DNA from: Candidatus Nanopelagicales bacterium
GTDB lineage: Bacteria > Actinomycetota > Actinomycetes > S36-B12
NCBI GenBank assembly: GCA_023263845.1
Contig: JALQUH010000131.1
Location: forward strand, 1-52,412
Direction: 5' to 3'
Length of the DNA stretch: 52,412 bases
The notes below the pieces were generated by a model. That model was not told where the DNA came from. It saw nothing but the letters and a program-made list of their open reading frames with translations, and did no database searches. The translations under genes were made by a program, and so were the position numbers. Below, piece by piece: positions 1-10,072 of the stretch (position 1 is its first letter; every line of letters starts with the position of its first letter).

Positions 1-446
1 TTACGTAAAGTAACCTCAACGGCTTCCGGTACTTCCCCTACACGTTCCTGCCAGGCAGTCATGATTTCTTCAGGATCAAGTATTGCCATAGCTTCCGAAG
101 ACATTTCAAGCGACATGCGGATGTTATTTCCAAAAACAAAACTGTCGTAATTGGGAAACAGTATATTGCGTGCCATACCTGTTTTGGCTTCATATTCCTC
201 TTCTATTCCACCTGGACCACCAATTGCTTCAACCATTTTATCGTGAAGGCTTCTGCTTACTTCGTCCGATGCAGTTTCGGAAAGTTCAACGCTGTAACGT
301 AAAATATTACTTGGAATTTCCGGGTTGAAACTTGAACGGACAAAACCCAGAACATAAGCCGTTGTGAATAATATCAGTACGGAGAAAAATATGGTTGCAG
401 TCATATATTTAACCGTCAGACATTTTTCAATAAATGGTTTATATTT
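1..446 (-). CDS. foreign low-GC partial CDS; internal fragment resembling an RND-family efflux permease (TM helix followed by a periplasmic porter-like segment); runs off the left edge
   Basis: Hand translation of the minus strand has no stops: ...YKPFIEKCLTVKYMTATIFFSVLILFTTAYVLGFVRSSFNPEIPSNILRYSVELSETASDEVSRSLHDKMVEAIGG...DPEEIMTAWQERVGEVPEAVEVTLR. A hydrophobic helix followed by 'SSF-PE' and a 'V-L-...-S-E' segment resembles the TM7/porter transition of RND permeases. Hand-counted GC is ~40%, against ~69% in the next 100 nt. Confidence 0.35.
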
Positions 447-1724
447 ATTGCGCGCAGCGCCGAAGAACTTCTTGGGCGGGTAGAGCGCTGTGGAGTCGAC
501 GCCGCCGGACAGGATGCGCCCGGAGGCCGGGGCCGCCAGGTTGTAGGCCCGACCCAGGCGGGTCATCGAGTCCAGGAGGACCACGACGTCGTGGCCGAGC
601 TCGACAAGACGCTTTGCCCGCTCGATGGCTAGTTCCGCGACGATCGTGTGATCTTCGGCGGGACGATCGAAGGTCGAGGCAATGACCTCGCCCTTGACCG
701 AGCGCTGCATGTCGGTGACCTCTTCGGGTCGCTCATCAACGAGCACGACCATGAGGTGGCATTCGGGATTGTTCGCCGTGATCGCATTCGCGATCGCCTG
801 GAGGACCATCGTCTTGCCTGCCTTGGGAGGCGAGACGATGAGACCACGCTGGCCCTTGCCAATGGGGGCGACCAGGTCGATCACGCGCGTGGTGAGGTTG
901 CCCGGCTCCGTCTCCAGTCGCAAACGCTCCTGCGGGTACAGCGGTGTGAGCTTGGTGAAGTCAGGGCGCTGGCGCGCGACGTCCGGCTCGGATCCGTTGA
1001 CCGTGTCGATGCGAACGAGCGGGTTGAACTTCTCGCGCCGCTCCCCCTCACGAGGTTGGCGAACGGCGCCGGTGACGGCGTCGCCCTTGCGCAGGCCGTG
1101 GCGCTTGACCATCGACAGCGAGACGTAGACGTCGTTAGGGCTGGGCAGGTAGCCGGCGGTCCGGACGAAGGCGTAGTTGTCGAGGATGTCGAGGATGCCG
1201 GCGACAGGAACGACGACGTCGTCCTCGCTCAGTTCGACCTCCTGCTCGTTGCCACCCGCGGGGCGACGATCACGACGGTCACGGAAGCGATCACGGCCAC
1301 GGCGGCGGCGGCGGCGAGAGCCACCCTCGTCATCGTCGTAGGGGCGGTCGTTGCCGTTGTCTCTGTTGCCGTCTCTGTTGCCGTCTCGGTTGCTGTCTCG
1401 GTTGCCATTGCGGTTGCCCTTGGCACCTGACTCATTACTATCCGCGTGGGCGGTCTGGGTGGACCCGGAAGGCTTGTCGCCCGCTGTCGCGGCCCCTGCG
1501 TCCGAGGCCTCGCGCGGCTTGCGCTCTGAGCGCTGCCGGGGCTCTGCGGAACCGTTGCCCGATCCGGACTGCTTGGCGGAGATCGCGGCGACAAGGTCGC
1601 CCTTGCGCATCCCGCTTGCACCGGTGATGCCCATGGAGGATGCCAGCTGCTTCAACTCAGGGAGGAGCATGCCGGACAGGCCTTTGCCGGACTTGGTGGA
1701 TTCTGATGTGGCGGTGTCGGTCAC
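447..1724 (-). CDS. rho: transcription termination factor Rho, 3'-truncated at the compositional junction
   Basis: GTG start at 1724 with AAGGA ~8 nt upstream. N-terminus is MTDTATSESTKSGKGLSGMLLPELKQLASSMGITGASGMRKGDLVAAI. A long R/D/N/G-rich insertion follows, then Walker A VIDLVAPIGKGQRGLIVSPPKAGKT, and the sequence ends ...RILSGGVDSTALYPPKKFFGAARN at 447. The expected Rho continuation (IEEGGSLTI... to the C-terminus) is absent. It is not in the ORF track because no stop occurs before the window edge. Confidence 0.9.
1350..1420 (-). repeat. tandem ~12-nt coding repeats (gttgccgtctct-like units) inside the rho N-terminal insertion
   Basis: Units gttgccgttgtctct / gttgccgtctct / gttgccgtctcg / gttgctgtctcg / gttgccattgcg encode GNRNGNRDSNRDGNRDGNRDNGND in the rho frame. 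Confidence 0.85.
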
Positions 1725-1957
1725 CTGGTGTCCTTTGTGACTGCCCCAACCGATGTGGTGAGGACTTTTCGTGTCCGCCCGACTTTGAGTGCGTGTGGCG
1801 GCATACGGTCGACCGCGTTGAACTGCGGCCGGGTGGTTTCACGGAGTGGGTGACACGTGGGCGACGAGCCCGCAATCAACGAAGTCTCCGAGAATCCGGT
1901 GGAAACCGGTCCATGAGGACCAATGGGTTAAGGCTAGCACCCACCGGCCTGTGATGC

Positions 1958-2896
1958 TCACACCCCCCGGACATGCACCCGGGCGCCCGCAGAATCTACG
2001 GCCACCACCGAGGCCTGCCAGTCGGCCGGCACCTGTGCCAGCGCGTCGGCAACCTCGGCCGGGGTCGTCGCCAGTGCCAACACTGAAGGCCCGGCTCCCG
2101 AGATGACCGCAGCAATTCCCCTTGCGCGAAGCGCGAGCATGAGGGCGTGGGACTCGGGGTACGCCGCAGCTCGGGCCTGCTGGTGCAGTCGGTCCTCAGT
2201 GGCGGGGAACAGCATCTGGGGTGCCTCGGTCAGCGCATGCGTGAGAAGTGCGACTCGGCCAATGTTGAATACCGCATCCGCGCGGTCCACGCGCTCATCG
2301 AGCATGCCCCGCGCAGTAGAGGTCGACATCGGCTGTTGCGGAACACATACGACGGGGACGATTTGAGCGTGCACCGCGTGCGTTACCGCACTGGCGTGCG
2401 GCGCTCCCTCATCATCAGAGTCGACCCAGGCCGTGGTGAAGCCACCGAGTAGTGCGGCGGCGACGTTGTCCGGATGCCCCTCCATGCGGGTGGCCAGACC
2501 GAGCACCTCGTCATCGGGCAAAAGCTCTTCGCCGTCGATCACCAGACCGCGGGCCAGCATGATGCCGGCCACGATCGCCGACGCAGACGAACCCATCCCT
2601 CGGCCCTGCGGAATCGCATTGGCACACCGGATAACCACGCCCGGTGCGTCGACGCTCATGGCGGTCCACGCCGCGAGCATCGCGCGCGCTACCAGGTGTT
2701 CTTCATCCGTGGGTAAGACACCGGCACCCTCACCCTCGATATGCACGAGAAATCCCGGATCCTCCGTCACCATCGCGACCACGTGGTCGTGCACGCCGAG
2801 GGCCAAACCAAGGCTGTCGAAGCCAGGGCCGAGGTTGGCGCTCGTGGCCGGCACAACGACCTCGACGCCCGAGGACCGAAAGCTCACAGACATCAC
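1958..2896 (-). CDS. thrB: homoserine kinase
   Basis: 312-aa track ORF with GHMP-kinase motifs (PATSANLGPGFDSLGLAL, GMGSSAS). It lies immediately downstream of thrC in the conserved thr operon order. Confidence 0.93.
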   Translation of the reverse strand: MMSVSFRSSGVEVVVPATSANLGPGFDSLGLALGVHDHVVAMVTEDPGFLVHIEGEGAGVLPTDEEHLVARAMLAAWTAMSVDAPGVVIRCANAIPQGRGMGSSASAIVAGIMLARGLVIDGEELLPDDEVLGLATRMEGHPDNVAAALLGGFTTAWVDSDDEGAPHASAVTHAVHAQIVPVVCVPQQPMSTSTARGMLDERVDRADAVFNIGRVALLTHALTEAPQMLFPATEDRLHQQARAAAYPESHALMLALRARGIAAVISGAGPSVLALATTPAEVADALAQVPADWQASVVAVDSAGARVHVRGV

Positions 2897-3970
2897 CTAG
2901 CCCCGCAGTCCGAGAGCGGCGGCCGCGACGGCCGCATCGATGGGCACGACCGTGGGATCGGGCGCGTCGGCCAAGGCCCACTGCGGGTCCTTCAGGCCGT
3001 TCCCGGTCAGCGTGCACACGACGGTCTGGCCGGGATCGAGATCGCCACGGGCGTGCTGCTGCAACAAACCCGCGACGCTCGCCGCACTCGCCGGCTCGCA
3101 GAACAGACCCTCCTTCTCGGCGAGCAGGTGGTACGCCGCAAGGATCTGCTCATCACTCACCGCGTCGATCAAGCCTGCGGATTCATCACGGGCAGCGATG
3201 GCCTGATCCCACGACGCTGGATTGCCTATGCGAATAGCGGTGGCGATGGTCTCGGGCTTCTCGACGGGCGACCCGGACACCAGGGGGGCGGCACCGGCTG
3301 CCTGGAAACCCCACATGCGCGGACGATGCGTGGTGTGCCCGGACGCGTCGTATTCGTTGTAGCCCTTCCAGTAGGCGGTGATATTGCCGGCGTTGCCAAC
3401 GGGAAGGCAGTGGATGTCGGGGGCGTCGCCGAGCAGATCAACCACTTCGAAGCTCGCCGTCTTCTGGCCTTCGATGCGGTTGGGGTTGACGCTGTTGACC
3501 AAACTCACGGGGTATTCATCGGCTAGTCCGCGCGCCAAGGTGAGGCAATCGTCAAAATTGCCTTGCACCTGAAGGAGTCTTGCGCCGTGCACGATTGCCT
3601 GCGCAAGCTTGCCCATAGCGATCTTCCCCTCGGGCACCAAGACTGCGCAAACCATGCCCGCCTTCACCGCATACGCCGCAGCGCTCGCGGAGGTATTGCC
3701 GGTGGAGGCGCAGATGACCGCCTTCGCGCCCTCTTGGGCGGCCTTGCTGATGGCCATCGTCATACCGCGGTCCTTGAACGACCCCGTGGGATTGGCACCG
3801 TCGTACTTCAGCCAGACCTGACACCCGGTCATCTCGCTGATCGTGCAGGCGTAGACGAGCGGGGTACCTCCCTCGCGCAGGCTCACGACCGGCGTCGACT
3901 CATCGACGGGCAGCCATGACCGGTACTCCTCGATGAGGCCGCGCCATTGCGGTGCTCCTGCGGAAGTCAC
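2897..3970 (-). CDS. thrC: threonine synthase
   Basis: 357-aa ORF with the PLP-lysine motif [12 protein letters not shown]. The GTG start overlaps the hom stop (GTGA). Confidence 0.94.
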   Translation of the reverse strand: MTSAGAPQWRGLIEEYRSWLPVDESTPVVSLREGGTPLVYACTISEMTGCQVWLKYDGANPTGSFKDRGMTMAISKAAQEGAKAVICASTGNTSASAAAYAVKAGMVCAVLVPEGKIAMGKLAQAIVHGARLLQVQGNFDDCLTLARGLADEYPVSLVNSVNPNRIEGQKTASFEVVDLLGDAPDIHCLPVGNAGNITAYWKGYNEYDASGHTTHRPRMWGFQAAGAAPLVSGSPVEKPETIATAIRIGNPASWDQAIAARDESAGLIDAVSDEQILAAYHLLAEKEGLFCEPASAASVAGLLQQHARGDLDPGQTVVCTLTGNGLKDPQWALADAPDPTVVPIDAAVAAAALGLRG

Positions 3971-5262
3971 GCTCCCGCCTCTCCTTCGACACGCATCACG
4001 CCGAGGACTTCCTTGACCGCGTCGAGGCGCCGTAGTTCCTCGATGGTCCGGCTGAGCGCGCCATCGGTGGCCAAGTGGGTGCGCACCACGAGTCCGGCGT
4101 CAGCGCCATGACCGTCCTGACGCACCACCTGAATACTCACCCCGTTGTCGGCGAAGGCTTGAGCGATGGCCGCCAGGACACCCGGACGATCAGCCACGTC
4201 GAGGTTGACGTAGTAGCGCGTCTTCGCCTCCGTGATCGGTCGCACCGTCAGCTCGGCGTACGTAGACTCCCCCGGCCCGCGTCCCCCGGAGACGCGGTTG
4301 CGGGCGGCTGCGACAAGGTCACCAAGAATCGCGCTCGCCGTCGGCGCTCCACCCGCGCCGCGGCCGTAGAACATCATCTCGCCGGCCGCCTCGGCCTCGA
4401 CGAATACCGCATTGAATGCGTCGCGCACGCTCGCGAGGGGATGGTCGCGCGGCACCATCGCCGGATGCACTCGGACGATCACGCCCGCGCCGTCCTCCGT
4501 TCGCTCAGCCACGGCCAGCAACTTGATGACGAAGCCCATGTCACGCGCAGCGTCGACATCTGCCGAGGTCACCTCCGTGATCCCCTCGCACGACACGTCG
4601 TCGAAGGTGACGCGGGTGTGAAAGGCGAGCTCAGCGAGGATCGCGGCCTTCGCCGCGGCGTCAAGGCCCCCGACATCGGCGGTCGGATCTGCCTCGGCGT
4701 ACCCCAGGGCCTGGGCCTGGGCCAGAACGTCGGCGTAGTCCGCACCCTCCTCGTCCATCTTGCTGAGGATGAAGTTCGTCGTGCCGTTGACGATCCCGAG
4801 AACCTTAAGGACGCGGTCGCCGGCGAGGGACTCGCGCAGCGGGCGCAGAAGCGGAATAGCTCCGGCGACGGACGCCTCGAAGTACAGGTCGACGCCGGCT
4901 TCCTCGGCGGCCCGATAGAGGGTTCCGCCGTCGGCCGCGAGGAGCGCCTTGTTCGCCGTGATCACGCTTGAGCCTGCGGACATCGCCTGCAGGATGAGGG
5001 TGCGCGCAGGCTCGATGCCCCCCATGACCTCGACAACGATGTCGCTGCCGCGGGCCACGAGCGCTACTGCGTCATCGGTTATGAGTTGGGCGGGAATTCC
5101 CTCGCGCGCCCTGGCCGCGTCACGGACGGCGACGCCGACGAGTTGCAGCGGCGCCCCGACCCGCGCCTCCAGATCAGCCGATTGCTCGAGCAGCAGGCGG
5201 GCCACCTGCGCACCGACGGTTCCGCCTCCGAGGAGGGCGACGGTAAGGGGTGCGGCCGACAT
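3967..5262 (-). CDS. hom: homoserine dehydrogenase
   Basis: The track ORF extends to 5292. The likely start is ATG 5262 (GGAG 6 nt upstream), giving [20 protein letters not shown], a Rossmann N-terminus. The C-terminus is ACT-like. Confidence 0.92.
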   Translation of the reverse strand: MSAAPLTVALLGGGTVGAQVARLLLEQSADLEARVGAPLQLVGVAVRDAARAREGIPAQLITDDAVALVARGSDIVVEVMGGIEPARTLILQAMSAGSSVITANKALLAADGGTLYRAAEEAGVDLYFEASVAGAIPLLRPLRESLAGDRVLKVLGIVNGTTNFILSKMDEEGADYADVLAQAQALGYAEADPTADVGGLDAAAKAAILAELAFHTRVTFDDVSCEGITEVTSADVDAARDMGFVIKLLAVAERTEDGAGVIVRVHPAMVPRDHPLASVRDAFNAVFVEAEAAGEMMFYGRGAGGAPTASAILGDLVAAARNRVSGGRGPGESTYAELTVRPITEAKTRYYVNLDVADRPGVLAAIAQAFADNGVSIQVVRQDGHGADAGLVVRTHLATDGALSRTIEELRRLDAVKEVLGVMRVEGEAGA

Positions 5263-5319
5263 GGCATCTCCGGATCGACTCATGCCCACCACCGGTGGTG
5301 GGGCGGGGGTCTAAGCCTC

Positions 5320-6759
5320 TCAGATTGGTGCGGAGGAGGACTGCCCCGGCTGAGCACCCGGGTCCAGGGACATCAGGTCGGCCTCGGTTTCCCGACGAAG
5401 GACCGTGCTCGCTAATCCCTCGCGAACGGCCATGACGGCCGGTCGTGGCAGGTAGTTGTATTGCGAGGCCATTGATCGGCAATAGGCGCCGGTGCCGGCC
5501 ACGGCGATGAGGTCCCCGGGATTGAGGTCAGCGGGTAGCCACGCGTCTCGCACCACGACGTCTCCGCTCTCGCAGTGCTTGCCGACGACTCGGCACAGCA
5601 TGGGCTCGGCGGTCGATTCCCTCGAGGCGAGGACGACCGTGTAATCCGCGTCGTACAAGGCGGTGCGAATGTTGTCGCTCATGCCGCCGTCCACGGAGAC
5701 GAAGGTGCGCACGAGGTCGTGATCGAGTTGGACCGGCTTGACGGTCCCCACTTCGTACAGCGTGATTCCTGCGGGTCCGACGATCGCGCGGCCGGGTTCA
5801 AAGGCCATCTGCGGCACGGGGATCCCAGCTCGTTCGCAGGACTTCACGACGATGCGATCGATCGCCGCTGCCATATCCGCCACGTCGAGCGGATCATCAT
5901 GTGAGGTGTAGGCAATGCCCATGCCGCCGCCGAGATCGAGCCGCTCAATGACGACTCCATCGGCGGCAAGGTCGGCAGCCAGGTCAACGATCCGCGCAGC
6001 CGCGACTTCGAAACCTGACGCATCAAAAATCTGAGAGCCGATGTGCGAATGCAGCCCCGCGAAATGAAGGGACGGCCGATCGACGATGAGTCCGACGGCG
6101 GTCGCGGCTTCGCCATTCGACAGCGACAGACCGAACTTCTGGTCCTCGTGCGCTGTCGCGATGAACTCATGCGTGTGTGCCTCGACGCCGACGGTGACGC
6201 GGACCAGAACGTTGGCTGTCACGCCGAGCCGGGTGGCGACCTCGGCCACCCGCTCGATCTCCACGAGGGAATCGATGACGATGAGTCCGACACCGACGCT
6301 CAGCGCTCGCTCGATCTCGGCTACGGACTTGTTGTTACCGTGCAGGATTATGCGCGCTGGCGGGAAGCCCGCGGCGAGAGCAACGGCTAACTCGCCCCCG
6401 CTTGCCACGTCGATCCCGAGACCCTCCTGCTCCACCCACTCGGCGATACGCGTGGCCAGGAAGGCCTTCGCGGCGTAGTAGACCGTGGCCGGCGCATCAC
6501 CGGCGGCGTACGAGGTCCTGAAGGCGGCCGCTCGCGTGCGGAAGTCAACCTCGTCCAGGATGAACAGTGGCGTCCCATGGACTCGAGCAAGGTCACGAAC
6601 GTCGCAGCCACCGACGACCAGGCTCCCGTCGGGACCCCGCATGGCGGTCCTGGGCCACACCGCTGGATCAAGGTCGGCGAAGTCCCCCGCCGGCTGTGGT
6701 GGCAGCCCTGCGTGGGTGACGACGTCGCCGTGCCGTGGGCCGGCGGGGTGGGCGCGCAT
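5320..6759 (-). CDS. lysA: diaminopimelate decarboxylase
   Basis: 479-aa ORF with fold-III PLP decarboxylase motifs YYAAKAF, HSHIGSQIFD and GKHCESGD. Confidence 0.93.
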   Translation of the reverse strand: MRAHPAGPRHGDVVTHAGLPPQPAGDFADLDPAVWPRTAMRGPDGSLVVGGCDVRDLARVHGTPLFILDEVDFRTRAAAFRTSYAAGDAPATVYYAAKAFLATRIAEWVEQEGLGIDVASGGELAVALAAGFPPARIILHGNNKSVAEIERALSVGVGLIVIDSLVEIERVAEVATRLGVTANVLVRVTVGVEAHTHEFIATAHEDQKFGLSLSNGEAATAVGLIVDRPSLHFAGLHSHIGSQIFDASGFEVAAARIVDLAADLAADGVVIERLDLGGGMGIAYTSHDDPLDVADMAAAIDRIVVKSCERAGIPVPQMAFEPGRAIVGPAGITLYEVGTVKPVQLDHDLVRTFVSVDGGMSDNIRTALYDADYTVVLASRESTAEPMLCRVVGKHCESGDVVVRDAWLPADLNPGDLIAVAGTGAYCRSMASQYNYLPRPAVMAVREGLASTVLRRETEADLMSLDPGAQPGQSSSAPI

Positions 6760-6856
6760 GAGATCAGGTTAGCCAGCAGGCCAAAGGACCCTGCCGGCCG
6801 CGTTACCTGCAGCGCACCCTGGAAGTAGCCCTCCGAGAGCAACCAAGGAGGTCGAC

Positions 6857-7819
6857 ATGGCCACCATCACACCTACGCCCCACCACACGTGGCAACAGGG
6901 CCCCCTCCCAGAAATCCTCGGCTACCTCGGGTCCGCCCTTGTCGTGGGCGCGGGATTCGCCCTCGTCGCCCAATCGTGGACCACCTGGTCTCTGCCCACC
7001 CAGATCGCCATCGTGGCCGCCGCCATGGCCGCGCTGTACGTCGCGGCTGGAGCCCTCAGCCTTACCGTCGGGGGTCGGTCGAAACTTCACGACCACGTCG
7101 CCCGCCGACGCCTGGTCGGAGTGCTGGCCGCTCTGGCGGCGCCGATGGCGACCATGACCACGGGCTTGGCGCTGGAATGGTCTGGCCTGGAATTCGGCAC
7201 ATTTGATGAATTCCTCATGCTGATTGTCTTCAGCGTGGCGCTGGTGGCCGCTGTCTTTGCCGCATGGTGGGCGCCCGGTGTCGTTCCGACGATCGCCGTC
7301 GCACTCGCGTCGTTCATGTGGGTTTTGGCCTTCCTCGGCAGCGTCATCGCACCGCTGGAAACTCCCCTATTGGACCCGGTGATGCTCTTCGTCGGCGCGA
7401 CCGGCTGGCTCATCGTGGCACCGAGACTGCTGCCACCTCGGGTCCTCTCCGAGGCCCTCGGCATGGCGGCGTTCATCTTCTTCCAGGTGCCCACGGCGAT
7501 GTTCGCGCTCGATCGACCGATCGGAGTTGAGTCGGAGATCGCCACGCAGATGGACATCGCCATGTGGTTCTCGCGGGCAGCCCTCGTCGGGTTTGCCGTG
7601 GTGGCGCTGATCCTCTTCGCGCGCGGGCGCTCGTGGGCCTGGGCGGTGGGCGGAGTGGTCGCGGCCGGGGTGGGCGCGATGTCGATCGCGGGTCAGACGC
7701 TCGGATTGATCGCCGGCCTGCTCGTCGCCGGCGTCGTCCTGCTCGCCGCGAGTGGGATCTTGATCATCACCCGCACCCGACGAGAACGCGTCGAGTCGGT
7801 GCAATCGCCCGAACGGTGA
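6857..7819 (+). CDS. polytopic membrane protein of unknown function (~9-10 predicted hydrophobic helices)
   Basis: 320-aa ORF with a strong AAGGAGG 6 nt upstream of the ATG. The sequence is almost entirely hydrophobic helices. I recognise no family motif. Confidence 0.7.
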   Translation: MATITPTPHHTWQQGPLPEILGYLGSALVVGAGFALVAQSWTTWSLPTQIAIVAAAMAALYVAAGALSLTVGGRSKLHDHVARRRLVGVLAALAAPMATMTTGLALEWSGLEFGTFDEFLMLIVFSVALVAAVFAAWWAPGVVPTIAVALASFMWVLAFLGSVIAPLETPLLDPVMLFVGATGWLIVAPRLLPPRVLSEALGMAAFIFFQVPTAMFALDRPIGVESEIATQMDIAMWFSRAALVGFAVVALILFARGRSWAWAVGGVVAAGVGAMSIAGQTLGLIAGLLVAGVVLLAASGILIITRTRRERVESVQSPER

Positions 7820-7822
7820 GGC

Positions 7823-9481
7823 CTACATCCGATCCGGGGCGCTCACCCCGCAGACGCCGAGTCCGTTGGCGAGCACCTGTCGAGTAGCCGCGCACAGCCA
7901 CAGACGCGCCACATGCTGGGCGGTGAGTTCTTCATCACCGCGCGGCAGCACCCGGCAGACGTCGTAAAACCGGTGGTACGCCGTGGCCAGCGACTCCAGA
8001 TAGCGCGGGATGCGATGTGGTTCCCGCAATTCGGCGGCCGAGGCGATGACCGCAGGGAACTGCGCCAGGGCGAGCAGGAGGTCGCCTTCCCGCTCATGAT
8101 CGAGCAGGCTCGCGTCGAAGTCGGCTGACCGCCAGTCGATTCCCGACTCGGTCGCATTGCGCAAGACGGAGGCAATGCGAGCATGTGCGTACTGCACGTA
8201 GAACACCGGATTGTCGTTCGTGCGCTTGACGAGCAGGTCGAGGTCCAGGGTCAACGGCGAGTCCACCGGATACCGGATGAGGGAGTAGCGCGCCGCGTCA
8301 ACGCCAACCTCGTCGATGAGGTCCTCGAGCGTTATGAGGGTGCCTGCGCGCTTGGAGAGCCGCACCTCCTCACCGTTCTTCATCATCTTGACGAGCTGGC
8401 CAATGAGGACTTCGACATTGTGATCCATGTCGTCGCCGGCGCAGGCCGCGACTGCACGCAGGCGATTGACGTAGCCGTGGTGGTCCGCCCCGAGGAGGTA
8501 AATCGCGACGTCAAATCCGCGCGCACGCTTGTCGACGTAGTACGCCGTATCAGAGGCGAAGTAGGTCAACTCCCCGTCGGCCTTGATCAGCACGCGATCC
8601 TTGTCATCGCCAAAGTCCGTGGTGCGCAACCACACCGCACCGTCAGATTCGAAGACGTGCCCCTGATCGCGCAGCCGCGTCATGCCCCGCTCTACCGCAC
8701 CGGATTCATGAAGAGACCGCTCCGAGTACCACACGTCAAAGTGCGTGTTGAATAGATCGAGGACGCGTTGCTGCTGGGTCAGCTGAACGTCGTACGCCGC
8801 TTCGCGGAAGGCGACGAGCTGCTCGTCGTCGGGCAGGGCACGGAATTCGGGGTGCTCGGCCACGATCTGCGCGGCGAGGTCGGCGACGTAAGCGCCGTGG
8901 TAGCCATCCTCGGGCACGGGGCGACCGCTTGCCAGGGCCTGAACGGAGGCGCCGAAACGGTCCATCTGAACGCCACGATCGTTGATGTAGAACTCGCGGG
9001 TCACCGCTGCGCCGTCGGACTCGAGCACGCGAGCGATCGCATCGCCCACAGCGGCCCAGCGGGCGTGACCGAGGTGGATCGGCCCGGTCGGATTGGCCGA
9101 GATGAACTCCACGTTCATCGACTGCCCAGCATGACCTGAGCCCCTGCCGTAGCGGGCACCGGACTCGACGATGTCGTGGGCGATCTGTCCCTGGGCACCC
9201 GCGGCGAGCCGAAGATTCACGAAGCCGGGTCCGGCGACCTCGGCCGCCTCAATCCCCGGCGTCTGCACGAGATGGGCGGCCAGGAGCTCGGCAATCTCCC
9301 GAGGTGGGCGACCGGCAGACTTGGCCAGCGTGAGAGCGACCGGTGTGGCGTAATCGCCGTGCTCCTTGCTGCGGGGGCGCTCGATGACCACCTCGGCCGG
9401 GAGGTCGCCACCGAGGTCGCCCTCGGCCTGCAGACGCATCACGGCGGCGCGCACGACGTCGGCGAGATCCTCGGGGGTCAT
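7823..9481 (-). CDS. argS: arginine--tRNA ligase
   Basis: 552-aa ORF with the class-I signature region SANPTGPIHLGHAR and a C-terminal DALR-type anticodon-binding tail ending ...PDRM. Confidence 0.94.
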   Translation of the reverse strand: MTPEDLADVVRAAVMRLQAEGDLGGDLPAEVVIERPRSKEHGDYATPVALTLAKSAGRPPREIAELLAAHLVQTPGIEAAEVAGPGFVNLRLAAGAQGQIAHDIVESGARYGRGSGHAGQSMNVEFISANPTGPIHLGHARWAAVGDAIARVLESDGAAVTREFYINDRGVQMDRFGASVQALASGRPVPEDGYHGAYVADLAAQIVAEHPEFRALPDDEQLVAFREAAYDVQLTQQQRVLDLFNTHFDVWYSERSLHESGAVERGMTRLRDQGHVFESDGAVWLRTTDFGDDKDRVLIKADGELTYFASDTAYYVDKRARGFDVAIYLLGADHHGYVNRLRAVAACAGDDMDHNVEVLIGQLVKMMKNGEEVRLSKRAGTLITLEDLIDEVGVDAARYSLIRYPVDSPLTLDLDLLVKRTNDNPVFYVQYAHARIASVLRNATESGIDWRSADFDASLLDHEREGDLLLALAQFPAVIASAAELREPHRIPRYLESLATAYHRFYDVCRVLPRGDEELTAQHVARLWLCAATRQVLANGLGVCGVSAPDRM

Positions 9482-9744
9482 GACCGGAGCGTAATGGGCT
9501 CTGAAGTCACGGGAAGGGCCGGACTCGCCCTGCTCCCCTCCATCGCGTGCTACCGTTCCGGTCGGCTGTACTGCACATGAACCACCGTTCGCGGTTCCCT
9601 GCCGGGCTCAGGCTCGACGCGGATCCTTTAGTTCTAGGGGCAACCCCCTGGGCGGGACGTCGGCTCGCAAGATCAGCCCGTCGGGCGAGGTGCCCGGCGA
9701 CACGTATCCGCATTATGAGGATCTAGCAGTAGGAGTTACCCCGC
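9482..9744 (+). promoter_or_regulatory. divergent argS/cspA promoter region and long cspA 5' leader
   Basis: 263-nt intergenic region. GTAGGAG ribosome-binding site ahead of the cspA ATG. Long 5' leaders are typical of cold-shock genes. No transcription start site can be assigned from sequence alone. Confidence 0.4.
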
Positions 9745-9948
9745 ATGGCACAGGGAACTGTCAAATGGTTCAACGCCGAGAAGGGCTTCGGTTTCATCGC
9801 GCAGGCTGACGGGGGTGCCGATGTTTTCGTGCACTTCACCGCCATCCAGGCCGACGGCTACCGCAGCCTCGACGAGAACCAGACGGTCGAGTTCGACATC
9901 GTCCAGGGCCCCAAGGGTCCGCAGGCAGACAACGTTCGCATCGTCTGA
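9745..9948 (+). CDS. cspA: cold-shock protein (CspA family)
   Basis: 67 aa, [18 protein letters not shown]...VFVHF, containing the RNP1 and RNP2 motifs. Confidence 0.95.
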   Translation: MAQGTVKWFNAEKGFGFIAQADGGADVFVHFTAIQADGYRSLDENQTVEFDIVQGPKGPQADNVRIV

Positions 9949-9963
9949 AGAACCGATCGCAGC

Positions 9964-10006
9964 GAAGAAGGCCCGTCCCCTCGGGGGCGGGCCTTCTTCC
10001 TTTTGT
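9964..10006 (+). terminator. intrinsic terminator after cspA
   Basis: Stem gaagaaggcccg(t)cccc / ggggcgggccttcttc with a tcg loop, followed by ccttttgtg. Confidence 0.8.
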
Positions 10007-10072
10007 GCATTTCCTCCCCCAAAAAAAGCGAGGAAACGTCCGAGTGGACGAAGCGCGGCGCATCGGGTGAAG

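Noticed and set aside
1350-1420. Short tandem repeats here and at 20776-20913, considered as possible CRISPR-like or minisatellite elements.
   Set aside because: They are 12-nt head-to-tail units with no spacers. They are in frame inside well-supported coding sequences, where they encode NRDG, AAKK and KSSG peptide repeats. No cas genes are present.
648-1430. Long plus-strand ORF (260 aa) and other long alternative-frame or antisense ORFs in the track, e.g. 10511-11503(-), 20375-21592(-), 21506-22783(+), 31792-33111(-), 46898-47962(-), 50691-51785(+), 25359-26678(+).
   Set aside because: Each lies entirely within a gene on the other strand or frame that has unambiguous family motifs (rho, esterase, GTPase, sbcC, kgd, malic enzyme, mutase). 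Their products are Arg/Pro/Gly/Ala-rich with no motifs, the usual stop-poor shadow frames of ~65-70% GC DNA.
1725-1957. The 233-nt thrB-rho spacer with a small CCGGT-GGAA-ACCGG hairpin (~1897-1912), considered as a regulatory RNA.
   Set aside because: There is only one short 5-bp stem and no other recognisable structure. This is consistent with an ordinary rho promoter/leader and a weak thrB terminator.
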